Source of the DNA: Paramoeba atlantica
Taxonomy: Eukaryota > Protista > Discosea
Direction: 5' to 3'
Assembly (NCBI GenBank): GCA_977017575.1
Contig: CDRNVI010000056.1
Location: 62,001 to 126,000, forward strand
Length of the DNA stretch: 64,000 nucleotides
Shown: positions 23,391-34,665 of the stretch, piece after piece
Numbering within the stretch: position 1 is the first letter of the stretch
How the letters are laid out: every line of letters starts with the position of its first letter
Program-made: the position numbers and the translations under genes
Notes under the pieces: model-generated
The model's database searches: none
What the model was told of the DNA's origin: nothing
The model's input: only the letters and a program-made list of their open reading frames with translations

Positions 23391-23872
23391 AGTTTATTAG
23401 GTGTAACTCGTCGTAAATACGCCAATTTGCCGATGCTTTCCACCTCGTTAGCAACAAGTTAGATAGGCGTTCTGAAGAGAAAAGTGGAACTCCAGAATTT
23501 TAGGGTGGTACTTCGAGCTGTCTTCGAGCTTTTCGAAGCATCGCTTCCTTCTAGGTTTCTCTTCGCAGCTAAGTTATGGCGCATCGGTTCCGAAAGAGCG
23601 GTTCGCTAGACAGACAGCAAGGTACTCCGACGATGTTTGCAAAATTGACATCACTATCGTCAAACATACAAAAGTGCTGCACAAAGAGCAGTCCATAAAA
23701 ACAAAAGTAAAAGCATAAGACATAAATAAAGCTAAAAAGTGGATGTAAATGATCTAAACTAAAAAGCGGATGTAAATTATCAAGAAAATCCTTTTTCCAA
23801 AAAGATATTTTTCGAAAAGAATTGAAAAAAAATAAATTTGAGAGTATTTAATTTTCTACCTAATTTTCTGTT

Positions 23873-24673
23873 CATGAGTGATACCAACCCACAACGAACG
23901 GGAAGAGTATCCCAGCAAATCTTCCCCCTGGAAATACAACTCGCTCGGTTTATTTCGAGTATCGAGAATCGGCACGAGACGTGGAAGGACTCTATCCCGG
24001 GCTATAAGTGGGCAGGAGTTGTAATGTAGGAACGAATTCGATTATAATTCATTGGAGTTATGACGACTCTTTCTCGCATGGTGTCGTAAAAGCTCCTTTG
24101 AAAGGAAATCTCCAATGGAAATATTTCCCTGCGAAAGTGGAAGAGATGAGGTTTTCTTTTAATGGGATTGGGGGAGGAATCGATACCTCGTCCCTCTCCT
24201 CGCCTCTTTTGGAGTTATCGGGTTCTGTGAATGCCCTTTCCGGGCCACTGTGCCTGGAAGCCCTCCCACAGAACCTACGAGAGCTTTGCCTCAGGTGTAA
24301 TGATTTAAATGGGACGCTTAATTTGACGCAGCTACCTCCTTCTTTGGAACGCTTGTGGTTGAATTTCAACCACTTCAGTGGGGAAATTGAGCTAAGTGCA
24401 CTTCCGTCTTCATTGCACACACTTCTACTGTACGGTAATGAGCTCTCAGGGACCGTAGACTTTACTCAGCTACGAGAAAGCATTGTAGAAATAGATCTTG
24501 GCCAAAACCAATTTAACGGAACGGTGGATTTTTTAAATCTTCCGAAGAGTTTAAAGAATGTAAGTTTACTCACATCTGCGGAGGAGGGAGAACGCAACGT
24601 GTGGAAAATATCAATATCTGAAGAATGGGAAACATTCTCGGAAGGGTGCTGGCGCAGAATTAAAGCTAAGTAG
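23873..24673 (+). pseudogene. LRR gene (member 3), frameshift near 24015
   Basis: N-terminal cap (GRV..QIFPLEIQLARF...YKWAGV) and the LRRs are in different frames. Confidence 0.8.
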
Positions 24674-25257
24674 TCATGCAGTTGTGGAAACAGTAGAAAC
24701 AATGTCATCTTAGAGGTCCACTGAACATGCTCGTAAATCGATCCATGGGGTACAAACACGCGAACCAAATACTCGCATGATTGCCACATTGTGAACTTAT
24801 TTTCATTTTTTGTTGATACAAATATGTATGAAATCTCATAATTTCTCTATCATTTGATTCACCTCCACATATATTTTAGTCAGAGGACTCCACTCGCGAT
24901 CCATCAGCGATTCCTGCCTGGTAGTGGGTTTCTAATGGTCATTAATGGTAATAATTCCTAAGCATTCAAATATCTGAGCATAGCTTGCTCTTTTCATGCA
25001 ACAAAATACCTTGTTAGCTAAAAGAATTTTATTGAATCATCGTTATACATTTGTTAAATCTCTGTACATTCGTATTTCCGTCCTACGTATTACGCCAAAG
25101 TGGGATGACCTCAACGACTTCAAATGATTTCGCCGAATACAATGCACCTTTGAAACTTTACATGAATTTAACGGCATGCACGTACACTTGGAAACGAAAT
25201 CTCAAAATTCGGATGAAAGAAATGAAAATTTATACACTCTTTTGATGCCCCCCGCAG

Positions 25258-25389
25258 TGGAGGGGGGCATTGCTGCACTGGCATTGCTGGATGTCACCGT
25301 CGTGAACCCACTGGCCCCGTCCTACATGGAGAAGGAGGCCGCAGAGCCTTCTCATACCCTGAGGATGGCCGAGGCCAACAAGCGGCGCT
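25258..25389 (+). pseudogene. Restriction-like endonuclease fragment of a CRE/SLACS-type retrotransposon
   Basis: LLDVTVVNPLAPSY...AEANKRR matches the RLE pattern DVTV..P.A.SY...AE..K. Confidence 0.7.
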
Positions 25390-25480
25390 CACACGTATTA
25401 TTTTCTCTTTTTTTGTTTCCTATCTCCATGATCTCTTTTCTTATAGGATTACCCCTTTCCTCCTTTTTTCCTTACCCCAA

Positions 25481-26722
25481 ATGTTTCGTGCGCTCCAAAA
25501 CCTGTTCGATCGCCCCTACCACGAGATTGTGGCAAGTGCCACCGCCCCCTCGCGAACCGAACCCGACCTACGCTTAAATCTCTATCTCTCCAGCCAAGCC
25601 AATGGGGGCATTCAAAACGCAAAGTCGATCCTTTCCTCGATGAAACAAAAACTCAAAAGTGAGAGCCTCGAGACGCGTTATCTCGCCCTTGTCGCCTTAT
25701 CGGGGGTTGTCAAAAACGGAAATCAAACTGTTCACTCCGTTTTGTCGAGTAAACGGGAATTGCAGCAGTGGTTGGTGCAGCTGGCGTTTGGTGCGCCCAA
25801 CAGCGTCCAGCGGAATGGTCGCGGGGAGGGGCGAATGGAAAATGAGCGGATTTTAACAAGCCCTCGGGAAAGGACAGCTTTGGGGGGAGAGACCCGCGCT
25901 GTGCTTTTACGGGAAATTCAAAAAGAAGCACGGGATGTGATTGTGTATTGTGTGGCGCTGCAGGAAAGTGGGTTGGGTCGATTTCCGTACCTGCATGCCG
26001 TTTTTACGGCCATGAGAAATGCAGCACAAGGGGATTTTGAGGGTAGAGAGCACCGACGAGGGAATAACGAATTCACGAATTCCAGAACACCGCGTTCCGA
26101 TGAAAGATACGAAAATAATCCGTATCGAGAAAACGAAAATCGGAATACGCTTGACTCTGGCGTGTCGTTTGTCGATCAGGAAGAGCACATGTCACTGCTC
26201 CATTCAAGCTCGGATTCGCCTTTGCATACAAATGGGGGTTTGAGAACAGGGACGTCTCTAGGCTCTCCAAGTGTGCTATCCGCAGCGAATCTAGACGAAA
26301 TGTTGCAGCATTTGAGTGAATTCGCAACGCTGCTGAAAAAACACGTTTCGACTTTCGAGGATGGAAAATCAGAAAATAGTGCAGATTATCTTGAGGAAGT
26401 CAAGGATGCACAAAAGGGAGTTTCTGAAGATTACGCAAAACTAATGAATCTGTTGTCCGCTTCTTCACTTGTTGACCAAACAACTCAGGAGGAACGTCAA
26501 TTATTTCGGACACTTTCTGTGGAACAGAATCGAATGTTGGAAGAATACCAAAGTTTTGTGCAAAGCTCGGGTAAAAAAACACAGCCCAGTTCGATCTCAA
26601 AAGAGGTTTCGGCAACGCAAATCAGCTCCACGCCCGTGGCTGTTTCGTGGGAGGCCCTTTTCAAAACTAAAGAGCCCTCGCCGAAAGAGGAAGAGTCCCG
26701 ACCGCTTCAGAAACTAGATTAA
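25481..26722 (+). CDS. VHS-domain protein (TOM1-like)
   Basis: AT...EPDLRLNL...KQKL...LAL.AL..VVKNG...VH; helical C-terminus; polypyrimidine tract upstream. Confidence 0.75.
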   Translation: MFRALQNLFDRPYHEIVASATAPSRTEPDLRLNLYLSSQANGGIQNAKSILSSMKQKLKSESLETRYLALVALSGVVKNGNQTVHSVLSSKRELQQWLVQLAFGAPNSVQRNGRGEGRMENERILTSPRERTALGGETRAVLLREIQKEARDVIVYCVALQESGLGRFPYLHAVFTAMRNAAQGDFEGREHRRGNNEFTNSRTPRSDERYENNPYRENENRNTLDSGVSFVDQEEHMSLLHSSSDSPLHTNGGLRTGTSLGSPSVLSAANLDEMLQHLSEFATLLKKHVSTFEDGKSENSADYLEEVKDAQKGVSEDYAKLMNLLSASSLVDQTTQEERQLFRTLSVEQNRMLEEYQSFVQSSGKKTQPSSISKEVSATQISSTPVAVSWEALFKTKEPSPKEEESRPLQKLD

Positions 26723-27669
26723 TGCTTCGTTGAAGGTTATTCTATATTACGGGATGTGTTCAACAAACTGCAATGTTACGATTGACATTTATTTCATAAT
26801 GTGTTGTAATTTTGTAAACCGTGAAAGTATACACTGCATGAAGTAAGGTAGTGCTAGGTAGTGTAGAAAGTATACACTGCAAGGTAGTGTACATGTTCCA
26901 TCTATAGTACAAATATGGGAGAATCTATAGAACAAATATAGGAGGTACTCTATACATTTCCCCTTCCTATCGATGTCCCCCCTTCTATTGTGGCGCCCAG
27001 CCCATCTTTTCGCTCTAGGACCTTCCAGAATTACCTTCTAGAATAGTTCGAGGGGTCATTTTCCGCAAGGATATGAACCTTGCCACAAGAGTTCCACCTT
27101 TCAGAATTCATTGCATGGATTGAACGTTCTCTTGCGCCATGTAGCACATCAACACCAGCGTGTGTGTGGGGGAGTGTATGGGCTATCATGGAGAGCGACA
27201 ATGGTCAAAAGGATTGATTGGCCTTTGTTATCCTCTCAAAGGTCTGCGCTGTCTGGGCATTGCCTTTCTGTATGGCCGCTCCGAGGACTAATAAAATGAC
27301 TCAGACAGCATTTTAGTCGGACGTGTATGTCCTGGCAAGCCTAGACTAGATTTGTTGTTCACTAGGCTAGTCAAGAAGTTGAGGGTCTTCGGGCCCGGTA
27401 CCCCCTAGGTGGTGAAGGCGGGGGGAGAAATTACATTCCCATTATATTCGCCATCTCTTCGTGGGTTCGCCGTTCAGCCTGCCTAAAGGAGAAAAACGAT
27501 TCTGAGGCTTAGAACCTCCTGAAGGTATAGCACTCTGCCAGAGCTCTCAAATGCGCTATTATTTTCCAAAATTAGTCAAGTTTAACAAAATCATTTAATC
27601 CCGTGACATCTGATTTACCCTTCAGTAAGTCGGTAAAGAGTTCCTTTCACGCTTTGTAATCGATTCACC

Positions 27670-28578
27670 ATGTTTACACTTTCACGAATTCATTTTGCCG
27701 ACCCGCAGCACTTATCCGAAGAGATGACGAAACTTCACGTTTCTACTCTCGGTAAAGTACGTGGATCGGAATTACCCCCGGAGTATGAATTGGTACGATT
27801 TATTGCGGATGTCAAAAATGCGTGTTCCTCCTGGAAAGTCTCCACACCCGCGTATAAATGGGAAGGGGTGTACTGTGATGCGGACTCCCGTGTTACGATA
27901 ATCAATTGGGACTTGACTTGGTTGATGGAGTTGGCGCTCGACGATCGCGGTCCGTCCTGGTCCCTTTGCGGGTCCTTGGAGTGGGCGTATTTGCCCCGTA
28001 CCGTACAGCTGTTTGGTGTTCGAACGCATGAGCTCAGCGGAACGGTACCGCTCGATTTATTGCCTCCAGGTCTTACGGACTTCACTGTGTACCAAAATAC
28101 GTTCAGTGGGGAAGTAAACCTAATGAACCTGCCTCGGACGTTAGAGCAACTTATTCTTGCGAATAATGAGTTTAAAGGCTGTGTGGACTTTACTCATCTA
28201 CCGCCTCATCTGGTTTCCTTGCACGTTTCTTATAACCACCTTTCCGGACGAGTCGACTTCTCGTGTTTGCCGAACATGTTGAAGAGGCTTAATTTGTCGG
28301 CCAATCAATTTGAGGGCCCAGTGTCTTTCAACAAAATTCCTCCCAACCTCGAAGTTTTGAGTCTTCAGCAAAATGAAAACCTTTGTGGTGAGCTTGATGA
28401 ACACTTTTTTTATGAGAGGCACCAAGCCATACGTTACTCCGAGACCAAGATCCGTGGAGTGAATAAAATGCTCCCTAAAGGAATATTTGTACAAAGTCCG
28501 CCTTTTTATCATCGGATGCCCTCCCGAATTCGAGGGAGCGCACCACATGGAGGCAGCGTACCACATTACAGAAAGTAA
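27670..28578 (+). CDS. LRR protein (member 4)
   Basis: LGKVRGSELPPEYELVRF, YKWEGVYC, LRRs; paralog of 34666-35598. Confidence 0.92.
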   Translation: MFTLSRIHFADPQHLSEEMTKLHVSTLGKVRGSELPPEYELVRFIADVKNACSSWKVSTPAYKWEGVYCDADSRVTIINWDLTWLMELALDDRGPSWSLCGSLEWAYLPRTVQLFGVRTHELSGTVPLDLLPPGLTDFTVYQNTFSGEVNLMNLPRTLEQLILANNEFKGCVDFTHLPPHLVSLHVSYNHLSGRVDFSCLPNMLKRLNLSANQFEGPVSFNKIPPNLEVLSLQQNENLCGELDEHFFYERHQAIRYSETKIRGVNKMLPKGIFVQSPPFYHRMPSRIRGSAPHGGSVPHYRK

Positions 28579-28749
28579 AGTGCGGTTTTCCCCGTTGTAT
28601 TTATACATTTCTTTTTTAGTGACTTCGTTAAAAGCGGTGATTGTTTTCAACTTAGAAGTCACTCATGCTGCGCGCTTCGCCTTGAAAACTACCACCGCGT
28701 TTAACGAACAGCCCAAAAAAGAACAATCACCAAAAAATCATGAATAATC

Positions 28750-29960
28750 TATTTTTTCTTGTCAAAAAGCTCGATTTTTCGGTGAGAATTGCGACTTTTT
28801 AACCCGAAATTGGGCCGTTTTGGATGCCTTACCAGTAGTGGTAGGAGGCGAATCTGTCGAAGGGGTCACCCTAAAAATTTCGGAATTTTTCCTCAGGTGG
28901 GGGGGATGACAATTTATCGCCGCGGCATACTCTACCACTTCTCCGCGTCCAGGGGGGGTTCCAGGGGGGGCATACGGCGCAATATTTTTTTCGATTTTTT
29001 TGCTTTTCAAAGGCGAGCGCAGTTAAGTGTTATGATTTTCGGCGGCGATGATTTTCCACCTCCCCACCTGGGGATGACCCCTCCTGGTACGCGCAGGGTC
29101 CGACAAGGTCAAAATTTACGAAATTTACGGGGGTGACCAAAAACAATTTTGACCGCAAAAACAGCGAAAATAATATTTTTCCAAAATTGACTCCTAAAAA
29201 TTTTAGCGAAATACGTTTTAAAAAAGTATTTTAAGAGTTTGAGACCTCAGCTATCATTCTCTCGATGTTTTCGGGTTGAAAAATGAAGAGCCTATAGGAA
29301 GTGGTGACATGGCTATTTCTTTAATGCTCGCATCAAATTTGCTAGTGCTTTAAAGGGGGTCCAAAGAGCTTTAAAGGGGGTTTCAAGAATCCATTTTGGG
29401 TCATAATAGGTCTAATCCGTGCTACTGGGGGGAATGTTCTTTTTGGGTGAGAAAAGACCTTTTTTGTTCATGAGTGCGTTGATTTTTAGGCCATGGGGAC
29501 ACGATTTTTAGGCCAATAATGCGAAATTTTAACCAGAATTTTGGTCTGTTTTTGAAGCCTTACCAGTAGGGGTAGGAGGCGCACCTGACGAAAAAAACGT
29601 CATAGAATGGTAGCCCAAACTCTTTAAATATGTTTTAGGAGTCGATTTTCGAAAAATATTGCCTTTAATTTTTTTTGGTCATCCCAAAAATTTCGGAAAT
29701 TTCGAACCTGTCGGACCCCTCCTGCGCGCACCAGGGGGGGTCACCCCCCGGTGCGGGGGAGGGGGTGAAAAATGATCGCCGCGGCATACTCTACGACTTC
29801 CCCGCGCTCGATTTTGAAATCCAAAATTTTCAAACTTTCAAAAAAGCGAGAGGTGGGAAAGCGTATACCCCCCTGGACCCCCCCCTTGGACCCCCCCCCG
29901 CTGGACCCCCCATTGTTTTCAATTTTGTTTTTCAATGTTTGTACCTACGACGACTATATT
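28750..29960. repeat. Non-coding modular element with internal direct and inverted repeats
   Basis: GCCTTACCAGTAG.GGTAGGAGGCG at ~28825 and ~29556; ATCGCCGCGGCATACTCTAC at ~28916 and ~29774; ~29035-29150 inverted to ~29670-29790. Confidence 0.65.
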
Positions 29961-30299
29961 GTATGCGGGCTGACGCTTTGCGAAGAAGAGGTTGCAAAGT
30001 CTATCCTCGACCGCGTCACGTATCGTGGTGGGTGGCTTGGTGCAGATAAAAAAGAAATCATGTGATGAAGTAAGCTCTCGAACTGAAATCAAAACAAGGC
30101 ACATAGTAAAAGTTAAGACTTTTGAACACACAGCTAACATATTTTTTGAACATTTTTAACAAATAACAGTTTCTTTAGCAGTAGATGTTGCGTGTCACGC
30201 ACAAGTAACTTCCACATTGGACTTTTTTTCTCCACCGCAGCCCTCGTTAACAGCAGATTATTGTCCATTTCTTCCATACTCTGCCGATCACCACAGATG

Positions 30300-31408
30300 C
30301 GTGCCCCCCTCTAAGAATTTGTCATTGCATCAAAATAAATTTGAGGGGCCCATCGATCTCAGAAGTTCGCCAGCGACGCTCAACCTCTTGTCCCTTGGAG
30401 TGAATAGTTTAACGGGAGAGTTAAATTTTACTCAGCTGCCAAGCTCATTGGAGGACATGGAAGATACAGTTTCTGTACCTTGTTGGTGCTTTTTTCCTAG
30501 CTCATCTTTTCTCTCCCGGAAACGGGCATTTTTTTACAATGTCAATGCCCGTTTCCGGATGGCGCTAGGAGAGGAACTGTCCCTCTTGTCGCAAAGTAGG
30601 GGTGCGCCTCCCTTCCCTCATCTCCCACCACCCAACACGGTTCCGAGTCCCCATGCGCTGCAGGACCCTACTACGGGACCACGCGGCGTGCCTTCACTAT
30701 CCAGCGACACCGGTACTTCTGCGCGTAGGAGGCTTCCATATACCGGAAGTCTCGCACACGGCGAGCAAACACGTTGTATGCGTGTTCTAGAGGATGCCCT
30801 ATGTACCTCTCTTGCTCACCAGCCGCGGCGGACTCTGTGGGACCCCGATACCCATGATGCATCATGAACCATGACTCCATTTGCCAGCATGCATCCATGG
30901 CCCTGAACATGTTGTATCATGAACCATGGAAGTCATTTGTAGCATGTACGATGGGAATACCATCTGCGTCCCACAAATCCGTATGTCTACCCTGGCAGGA
31001 CTACGCTCTCTTCCCGTCTCAGGACATCTTATCCCGATGAAGCCGTTCTTTTCGTTTCCCCAGGATATGCCGCGCTTTTCCCGGTGTCGTAGAGTGAGGC
31101 GACAGGTTCAGCAGGGGGCGCCCTTTGCGTCACCCCTGCTGAGCCCAGTATCTCTACTGGTTTTCGCCCTGTATGAATAAAACTTCATGATGAATCAATT
31201 TCACGGTGTAGTTGACTTAGACCACCTGCCGCGTAATCTGTATTCACTCGAGCTTTCCTTCAAGCCAAATTTGAGTGGTGAGTATCATGCCGAAGAAAAT
31301 GCGAACAAAAGAAAAATTCTTCCCACGATTCAAATACAAGTTGCGCCTCGCGGACGGAGCTCGGTTCAACATCGAAAGCACAGGAATTGTGGAATACTGA
31401 ACAAATGA
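30300..31408 (+). pseudogene. LRR gene (member 5) interrupted by the SL-headed element
   Basis: ...FTQLPSSLEDM before 30460; NQFHGVVDLDHLPRNL resumes after ~31190. Confidence 0.85.
30461..31181 (+). mobile_element. SL-headed element, type A copy 1
   Basis: Starts AAGATACAGTTTCTGTACCTTGTTG|GT and ends CCCTGTATGAATAAA; homologous over its full length to 51347-52062. Confidence 0.88.
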
Positions 31409-31617
31409 AGATTAGATGCAATATGCCTCTATTACAGTAGCATTGCGGTATAATTCTAAATTTTCTTTTTTGGTCGATTCGTTTAATGCGGTAATGGTTT
31501 TCAGCGTAGAATTCATTAATGATACGCGTTTCGCTTTGAAAACTACCTCCCTTTAAAGACGATTAAAAAAGAAACACTGTCAAAAAAAGTCATGAAGAAA
31601 AGTACTACCCCCCTCCC

Positions 31618-31885
31618 CTTCCTTTCGTATACTTTGGTCTCCTTTAACCCTGCAATTCCGGTTGCAGCCCGGAGCCACATACCTGAGAAATGGTATGATG
31701 GAAAGGTGATGGAAGGATGATCAATGTAACATGACTCTATTATATGCAATTTAAAGCTTTCTGGCGATGTTACAATTAATTGGTATGTAGCTAAATCAAA
31801 AAAAAAAAAAGGGGGGGGGGGGGGTGCATCCGACCTAGGCTTTGTCCCGGAAGGGTTAAAGGAGACCAAAGTATACGAAAGGAAG
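31618..31885. mobile_element. MITE with 34-bp TIR CTTCC...GTCTCCTTTAACCCT
   Basis: Perfect TIRs; related copy at 45197-45389. Confidence 0.8.
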
Positions 31886-32164
31886 TAATGCATTACGACC
31901 CACAGGGAACATTATGCGCACTTCCTGTCGGGACGGAGGTCGGATGCACCCTAGATCAGAGAACCCTCGTTGGGTATCGTATGGTTAGGACGTATCTTGG
32001 AATTTTTATTTTCGTACGTTATTCCTACATTGTATTTCACGTATATTGTACATCATACTGTATTTTTTATCATAAAATGAACAGTGTATTACGTTTTTCT
32101 ACATGTTATTGTTTGTTACGTACCCTCTTGGGTATCAAGGGAAATCCGGGGATAAGCAACAAAT

Positions 32165-33230
32165 ATAAGTGAGTGTGTGAGTGAGTGATTTGAGTCACTA
32201 GATAGTCACATAATAAGTCGACAGTAAGTTACTAACAAAATTATCCGACTCGTATGCTAGCCCGCAAGTGTGTTCGTCAATTAGAAACATTTCTTAGTTA
32301 GTTGTTGCGTAATTTTAATTTGTCTTATTAATTAGTTTCTAGTTAGACATTAAATCCGTGGTTTAGTTGCTAGCTTAGTCCCTTAGATGACTGTCTCGAT
32401 AGTGACTCAGGCAGCTGTTGTGTTAGATGTTCCCCCAGATGTGTAGTGAATCAATTGGTTACTTTCTGTAACTAGCTGCTGAAATTTTCTTGTTAGTCGG
32501 TGAGCTAGTCACTCAGTTATTTAGGTACTTAGTTATTTAAGCAGTTGCGTAGCTAATCGCCCACAGACCCGATTAGTGGGTTGATTACTCAGTTTCCCAA
32601 TTGCATACTAGTTAGTTACTTGGCCAGTTCTCAGATGCCTTTTAGTTATTTTCTTGGCGACTTGCTTAGTTGATTAGTTAGTTACTTAGTGATCTTCTTA
32701 GTACTTCAGTAATTAAACTTAATTGAGACTTCATCAGCTTTTTAGTTGGTAACTTAGTTGCTTAGTAAGTTAGCTGTTTAGTGAACACCCTAGTATTTAG
32801 TTAGCTTCCTAGTTAGCTTGCGTAACAAGTTATTCAGTATTCGACCGCTCGGTTGCTTAGTGTCTAATTAGTATTCATTTAGTTAGTTGCGTGCTTAATA
32901 GTTTAGTTTGCATAGTCATTTGTTCAGTTAGTTGCCTGGTCAGTTGCTTAGTTCGTTGCCTAATTAGCCTTTATACACTTCGTTGCTTACTTAGTTACTT
33001 TAGTGTTTACTCAGCACATTAGTAAAGACCTCAGCTTAGTTAGTCTCCCAGTTAGTTTGCGTAACCAATCCAAGTTGGTTTGCATAATCAGCTAGTTTCC
33101 TGCTCAGTTTCTGATAGCTGCATAATTAAGTTAGCTGCCTAATTAAATTTTCTTACTTAGTTGCTTAGCTAGTCGCCTGGCTAGTTATATTAACCAGTTA
33201 GTTTGCATTATCAGTTGCTCCGTTAGTCTT
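32165..33230. repeat. ~1.07-kb strand-asymmetric TTAG/TAGT-rich low-complexity tract
   Basis: Dense TTAG/TAGTT words; no ORF of 60 aa or more in the track. Confidence 0.8.
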
Positions 33231-34010
33231 ACATAGCTTTAAATCCTCAGTACAGTTTTAAATCACACAGTAGGTCTCACATAGCTTTAAATCCTGCAAG
33301 GCAGGTGCCTTAGATGCATACTTACATGTATATCTTTGAGATGTCAGGTCTCACATACATTTAGCTTTAAATCCATAGATGCATATTTAGGTCTTTGAGA
33401 CACCAGGTCTCACACAGCTTTAAATCCTGCAAGGCAGGTACCTTAGATGCATTAGATGGAATTAGACTTGAGACACCAGGTCTCACATGGTTTAAATCCT
33501 GCAAGACAGGTGCATAATTAGATTTGAGACGCCATGTCTCACATAGACATGGATCCTGGAAGTTACAACGTTAGCTCTGATTTATTATGCAGAGCGTAGT
33601 TGGATCTTTGAGACACCGGGTCTCACATAGTTTAAAATTCCTGCAAAGCAGGTTCCTTAGATGCATTAGATTTGAGACGCCATGTCTCACATAGTCATTC
33701 ATCCTGTAAGGCAGACAGTTGGCTCAGATTTAGTATAGGTAGTGTAGTTAGATTTTTGAGGTACTAGGACCCACGTACATGTAGCTTAAGATCCTGCAAG
33801 GCAGGCACTTTAGATGTACTCTTAGATCTTTGAGACAGCTTCTTTTGCACAGAATTTTACATGTAGTGTTATATCCTGCAAGGCAGGTAGTTAGCTCATA
33901 TTTAGTTAGTATAATTAGATCTTTGAGGGGACATGTCGCACAGAGCCTGAAATCATGGAGGACAAATACCTCAGATGCATACTTAGATATTTGATACGTC
34001 TTCTAGCGCA
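33230..34010. repeat. Degenerate 55-80-bp satellite, ~11 units, with GAGAC-N5-GTCTC and CCTGC-AAG-GCAGG palindromes
   Basis: Recurrent GGTCTCACATAGCTTTAAATCCTGCAAGGCAGG...TTAGAT.TTTGAGAC.CCA. Confidence 0.85.
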
Positions 34011-34117
34011 TACTCTTAAGTCCCAGCGTAATCTGAATCCTAGCCCTCTCTTACATTTTTAGACAATACTCGAGCACTGTATTTCTTACGTATCTAGCAT
34101 GTGGTAATTGTGAAATC

Positions 34118-34268
34118 ACCACATCATACGTCATCATCATATCATACATCATCATATCATTCATCATCACATCATGCGTCATCATCATTTCATACCTCAT
34201 CACATCATACGCCATCATCACATCATACCGTACTTCATCATACGTCATACATCTCAACATCACATCAT
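34118..34268. repeat. Degenerate (CAT)n microsatellite
   Basis: Read directly from the sequence. Confidence 0.85.
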
Positions 34269-34665
34269 ATTAAGGGACATCTTCCCTATGATCCTTTCTT
34301 GGTTAACCCATAAGGGTGTTAAGCCAGAGCGCCACTTCAAGGCGAAGGATAGAGCTCTGGTTGGAGTCAAGAAGTTGGGGGTCTTCGGGCCCGGTACTCC
34401 CTAGGTGGTGAAGGCGGGGGGTGAAACTCCATTCCCCTTATACTCGCCATCTCTTCGTGGGTTCGCCGTTCAGCCTGCCTAATGGAGAAAAACGATTCTG
34501 AGGCTTAGAACCTCCTGAAGGCATAGCACTCTGCCAGAGCTCTCAAATGCGCTATTATTTTCCAAAATTAGTCAAGTTTAACAAAATCATTTAATCCCGT
34601 GACATCTCATTTACCCTTCAGTGAGTCGGTAAAGAATTCCTTTCACGCTTTGTAATCGATTCACC

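Noticed and set aside
23164-23462. Hydrophobic or Lys/Glu-rich ORFs
   Set aside because: They are translations of the 17-bp tandem repeat.
32165-33230. Coding region under a reassigned stop-codon code
   Set aside because: Genes in the window end at standard stops, and the tract shows no visible 3-nt periodicity.
33230-34010. Possible CRISPR array
   Set aside because: Units are degenerate, spacers are homologous to one another, there are no cas genes and the context is eukaryotic.
34051-34404. His-rich and Met/Asp-rich ORFs
   Set aside because: They are translations of the CAT microsatellite.
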